Assembly: GCA_947259175.1 (NCBI GenBank)
Contig: CAMYKW010000038.1
Coordinates: 1-28,894 of the forward strand
DNA from: an uncultured Gammaproteobacteria bacterium
GTDB taxonomy: Bacteria; Pseudomonadota; Gammaproteobacteria; Arenicellales; JAANXG01
DNA: 28,894 nt
Direction of reading: 5' to 3'
Numbering within the stretch: the stretch's first letter is position 1; each line of letters begins with the position of its first letter. Below the pieces are notes generated by a model. It searched no databases, was not told where the DNA came from, and worked only from the letters and a program-made list of their open reading frames with translations. Below are positions 26,307 through 28,894 of the stretch, piece by piece. The translations under genes were made by a program, and so were the position numbers.

Positions 26307-27221
26307 ATGACTAACTTGGGATCAGTTTTCGAACAACGGTGCGATGCCGTTCAGTCCTGCAGTGCGATAGAACTACTGATCAGACCACGCGACCGGGATC
26401 TGGGCGGCTTCTCGGTGCGACGGGTGTTGCCGACAAAGGAACGAAAGATGGTCGGCCCTTGGATTTTTTTTGACCATATGGGCCCGGCGGACTTCGAGGC
26501 CGGACAAGGTATCAACGTAAGGCCGCACCCGCATATCAATCTCGCAACCGTGACTTATCTGTTCGAAGGAGAAATCCTGCACCGCGATTCGCTCGGTAGC
26601 CTCCAGAGCATTCGGCCAGGCGATATCAACCTGATGGTCGCGGGCCGGGGAATCGTACATTCAGAGCGCGAAACGCCGGCGGTCACCGCGGAACCGCATC
26701 GACTCCACGGTCTGCAACTGTGGCTCGCCCTGCCCGACGCGGATGAAGAAGTCGAATCGGCTTTCCACCATTACCCGGCCGCAGAAATACCCTCGGTCAC
26801 GGTGGCGGGCGTGTCCCTGCGCGTAATGATGGGTTCAGCTTACGGCGCGACATCGCCGGTCAGGGTGTTCGCCGAGACGCTCTACGTCGAGGCGCATCTT
26901 CATGCAGGCCAATCCATTGCTCTTCCGGATGCCGAGGAACGCGCGGTGTACGTGGCCAGTGGCAGCCTGTCGGCGCGGGGCACGCCAATCCCCGAGCATT
27001 CGATGGCCTTGTTTTCCGACGAAACAGGAATCAGCTTGGAGGCGGAGGAGGAGGCGCGCATCGCGGTGATCGGCGGCGCCAAACTGGGCCGGCGCTATAT
27101 CGAGTGGAATTTCGTTTCCAGCCGCAAGTCGCGGATCGAAGCGGCGAAGGAAGATTGGAGGGCGGGCCGCTTTCCGAAAGTGCCCGGCGACGATAAGGAG
27201 TTTATTCCCCTGCCGGACTAA
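26307..27221 (+). CDS. Pirin-family bicupin protein
   Basis: HPHINLATVTYLFEGEILHRDSLG is the pirin metal-binding cupin motif. The C-terminal cupin repeat is present. An AGGAG RBS sits 7 nt upstream of ATG 26307. Confidence 0.85.
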   Translation: MTNLGSVFEQRCDAVQSCSAIELLIRPRDRDLGGFSVRRVLPTKERKMVGPWIFFDHMGPADFEAGQGINVRPHPHINLATVTYLFEGEILHRDSLGSLQSIRPGDINLMVAGRGIVHSERETPAVTAEPHRLHGLQLWLALPDADEEVESAFHHYPAAEIPSVTVAGVSLRVMMGSAYGATSPVRVFAETLYVEAHLHAGQSIALPDAEERAVYVASGSLSARGTPIPEHSMALFSDETGISLEAEEEARIAVIGGAKLGRRYIEWNFVSSRKSRIEAAKEDWRAGRFPKVPGDDKEFIPLPD

Positions 27222-27330
27222 CATCCGCCCTTATGATCGGTAAGACACACTCGTTGCGGGACGCGGCAGGGTCGCTTATTTAAAGAGAGTTCGGTGCACG
27301 GTGCGGGCATCTGACGCTGATTCTGTGTGA

Positions 27331-27345
27331 TGCAACAATGTTGCA
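27331..27345. repeat. Perfect 15-nt palindrome TGCAACAATGTTGCA, in the intergenic region at the GC-content transition
   Basis: Read directly. It is a candidate protein-binding site or recombination site. Confidence 0.3.
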
Positions 27346-27592
27346 GCGCGATAGGCTGAAGAATACTCGTTGCGTGCCTTCGCAATTTTAGTATCTTCGC
27401 ATTCACGACGCGGAGGAAGCAGGAGTTCTATTGACACGACCCTATGTCCGCTTTTCTTTATTGATATATCTTAATTTATCTCAAGGTATGGTCATGCCAA
27501 TTCAATGGGGCACAATGAATCAGGCCGAGATAAACGACAAATCAGCAGCGGGATTATCGGACACATTTGGGTTCATAAATAGTTAGGTATCA

Positions 27593-28018
27593 ATGAAAGA
27601 ACTTTTGAGACGATGGTTCCTTGTTGTAGCGATAATGATGGCCCAAGGATCCGCAGTACTGGCTGATGACTGTGACGTGAGCTTAGAAAGTCTGTTTTCG
27701 AAGTTATTGGATATAAAAGGAAGAGGAGATGTAGATGCGTTTCTGGAGTTCTTTCATTCGACAGGCAAACTGCTTATGGAGGGAGGGCTCAAAAAGGATC
27801 CTGGGCTAAGGCAGAGAACAATTGACCAATGGAATTACAACCTCGAGATGTATAAGAATTACGAAGTGGCAAATGTTTTTCTGTCTCGGAATTGCATGAT
27901 TGGAATACTAGAATTGTCGAGAAAGAAGGACACGGATTCAGGACCACCGGCTTTAGAGGTATTGTTTGTTAAATTAGTCGGGGGCTGGAAATTCGTATAT
28001 GAAATACACGTAAACTGA
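27593..28018 (+). CDS. Hypothetical small secreted protein encoded in a low-GC (~42%) patch
   Basis: A signal peptide (MKELLRRWFLVVAIMMAQGSAVLA), an AGGT RBS, and codon usage unlike the host. No recognisable family. Confidence 0.55.
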   Translation: MKELLRRWFLVVAIMMAQGSAVLADDCDVSLESLFSKLLDIKGRGDVDAFLEFFHSTGKLLMEGGLKKDPGLRQRTIDQWNYNLEMYKNYEVANVFLSRNCMIGILELSRKKDTDSGPPALEVLFVKLVGGWKFVYEIHVN

Positions 28019-28112
28019 TACCTATTCATTCGAGTGCGACGCTCTGAATCGCGCGCTTCAATGAGACCGTTAGGCGCCATAATTTTTCTCATTCGTGGCT
28101 CCCTCAGTGCGC

Positions 28113-28118
28113 TATAAT
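28113..28118 (+). promoter_or_regulatory. Consensus -10 hexamer TATAAT, 6 nt upstream of the antitoxin ATG. Suggests a leaderless or near-leaderless TA transcript.
   Basis: A perfect TATAAT read directly. TA operons are commonly autoregulated at such promoters. Confidence 0.3.
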
Positions 28119-28124
28119 TGCATT

Positions 28125-28346
28125 ATGAATGAACCTCAAATCGACATTGAGAAACTGGACATCGAGCAACGCTTGCGTCTCATCGAGCGTCTGTGGGACA
28201 GCCTTAGCGGAGATCTGCAAGCCTTTCCATTGACGGCTGGGCAAGAAGCCGAACTTGATCGGCGCTTGGATGAAATGGAAGCTGAAGATGCGGAAGGGAT
28301 ACCATGGGAAGAAGTCATGAAGAGGATACGGGCCCGGTTGGGTTGA
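28125..28346 (+). CDS. Type II antitoxin (putative addiction-module component, TIGR02574-like), partner of a RelE/ParE toxin
   Basis: MNEPQIDIEKLDIEQRLRLIERLWDSL...EAELDRRLDEMEAEDAEGIPWEEVMKRIRARLG is the characteristic small acidic antitoxin pattern. Confidence 0.75.
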   Translation: MNEPQIDIEKLDIEQRLRLIERLWDSLSGDLQAFPLTAGQEAELDRRLDEMEAEDAEGIPWEEVMKRIRARLG

Positions 28347-28636
28347 TTCCCGTCGAGATTCGTCCTGCGGCCGCCGCTGATATCGAAGAAGCGGCTCTTT
28401 GGTATAACTCCCAGCGACCGGGTCTAGGTGTGGAATTCTTGGACGAGCTTGCCTTCGCGCGGCAATCGATAGTTGAGGCGCCTCAAAGATTCCCAGTGGT
28501 CAAGCGGGACACCCGGCGAGCTCTTTTGAGGCGATTTCCATATGCTTTGTATTACCGCGTTTATCGGGACCGCATTCTTATCGTTGCGTGTATGCACGGC
28601 CGGAGGCATTCAAAACGGTGGCAGAGACGCAAATAA
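28304..28636 (+). CDS. RelE/ParE-family type II toxin
   Basis: IPVEIRPAAAADIEEAALWY...FPYALYYRVYRDRILIVACMHGRRH shows ParE/RelE conservation. The start is uncertain: ATG 28304 overlaps the antitoxin by 43 nt, and TTG 28343 overlaps its stop as TTGA. Confidence 0.7.
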   Translation: MGRSHEEDTGPVGLIPVEIRPAAAADIEEAALWYNSQRPGLGVEFLDELAFARQSIVEAPQRFPVVKRDTRRALLRRFPYALYYRVYRDRILIVACMHGRRHSKRWQRRK

Positions 28637-28894
28637 CACCTAAAGCGCTGCAGCCGATGTGCCTACCCGTCACGCAGCTGAGCCTAGACGTTACGTTCAT
28701 CCCGCAAAAGCGGACGCTTAAATTGAGATTGATGATCAGAAGTTCCTGCCGTTTCCGCAAAATATAGTCAAATAGGCGTATGTCCGGATAGGGCAGATTC
28801 TGTTGAAAAACTCGATGATTGAATGCTCGCCATGAGATAATTGTAGCTCCGAGTTTCAAAGGGTTTCTTCCCATGATGGGACACCTACCGGCGC

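Noticed and set aside
27218-27406. 62-aa minus-strand ORF covering the TGCAACAATGTTGCA palindrome
   Set aside because: It has no RBS and odd composition, and lies in an intergenic region. The palindrome is more likely a DNA-level element.
28578-28874. 98-aa minus-strand ORF at the window end
   Set aside because: It overlaps the 3' end of the ParE/RelE toxin gene by ~59 nt on the opposite strand. It has no recognisable fold or motifs and its GC is atypical. It is probably spurious, though an island-borne gene cannot be fully excluded.
1-28894. CRISPR arrays, IS elements, tRNA/rRNA, integrase
   Set aside because: No direct-repeat/spacer periodicity, no terminal inverted repeats flanking a transposase-like ORF, and no tRNA-like cloverleaf segments were detected by eye.

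Overview
This is a high-GC (~65%) window that looks like a sulfur-oxidizing, Na+-respiring gammaproteobacterium. Almost all real genes were recovered after trimming spurious N-terminal extensions and overlapping antisense ORFs in the six-frame track. From start to end on the + strand: (1) an IorAB-type periplasmic molybdoenzyme (TAT-signal large subunit running off the window start, plus a 2Fe-2S small subunit). (2) A PspA/IM30-family protein, a polytopic membrane protein and a secreted vWA/coiled-coil protein in one tight operon. It is divergent from an OmpR response regulator and a histidine kinase with a ~390-aa partly disordered periplasmic domain. (3) A divergent ArsM-like methyltransferase and an SDR reductase. 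(4) A non-canonical sulfur module: triple rhodanese, an octaheme cytochrome c with a C-terminal membrane anchor, and SoxY-SoxZ, with no soxAXB. (5) A nucleotide-signalling knot: a CBS-pair protein, a GAF-PAS-GGDEF protein with a degenerate GDDEF motif, and a second CBS-pair protein. (6) A complete nqrABCDEF Na+-NQR operon. It is preceded by a co-directional hexaheme cytochrome c and followed by an unannotated NqrM-like small ORF that is translationally coupled to the second CBS protein. No apbE sits in the operon. (7) A flotillin-like SPFH protein, a MAPEG/YecN-like protein and a pirin. (8) A low-GC (~42%) acquired patch with an orphan secreted protein and a RelE/ParE-type toxin-antitoxin pair. 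No rRNA, tRNA, CRISPR or IS elements were seen. The two most novel-looking candidates are the rhodanese/octaheme/SoxYZ module, whose SoxY has an atypical GGAGACG C-terminus, and the PspA-membrane-vWA operon with its adjacent two-component system.
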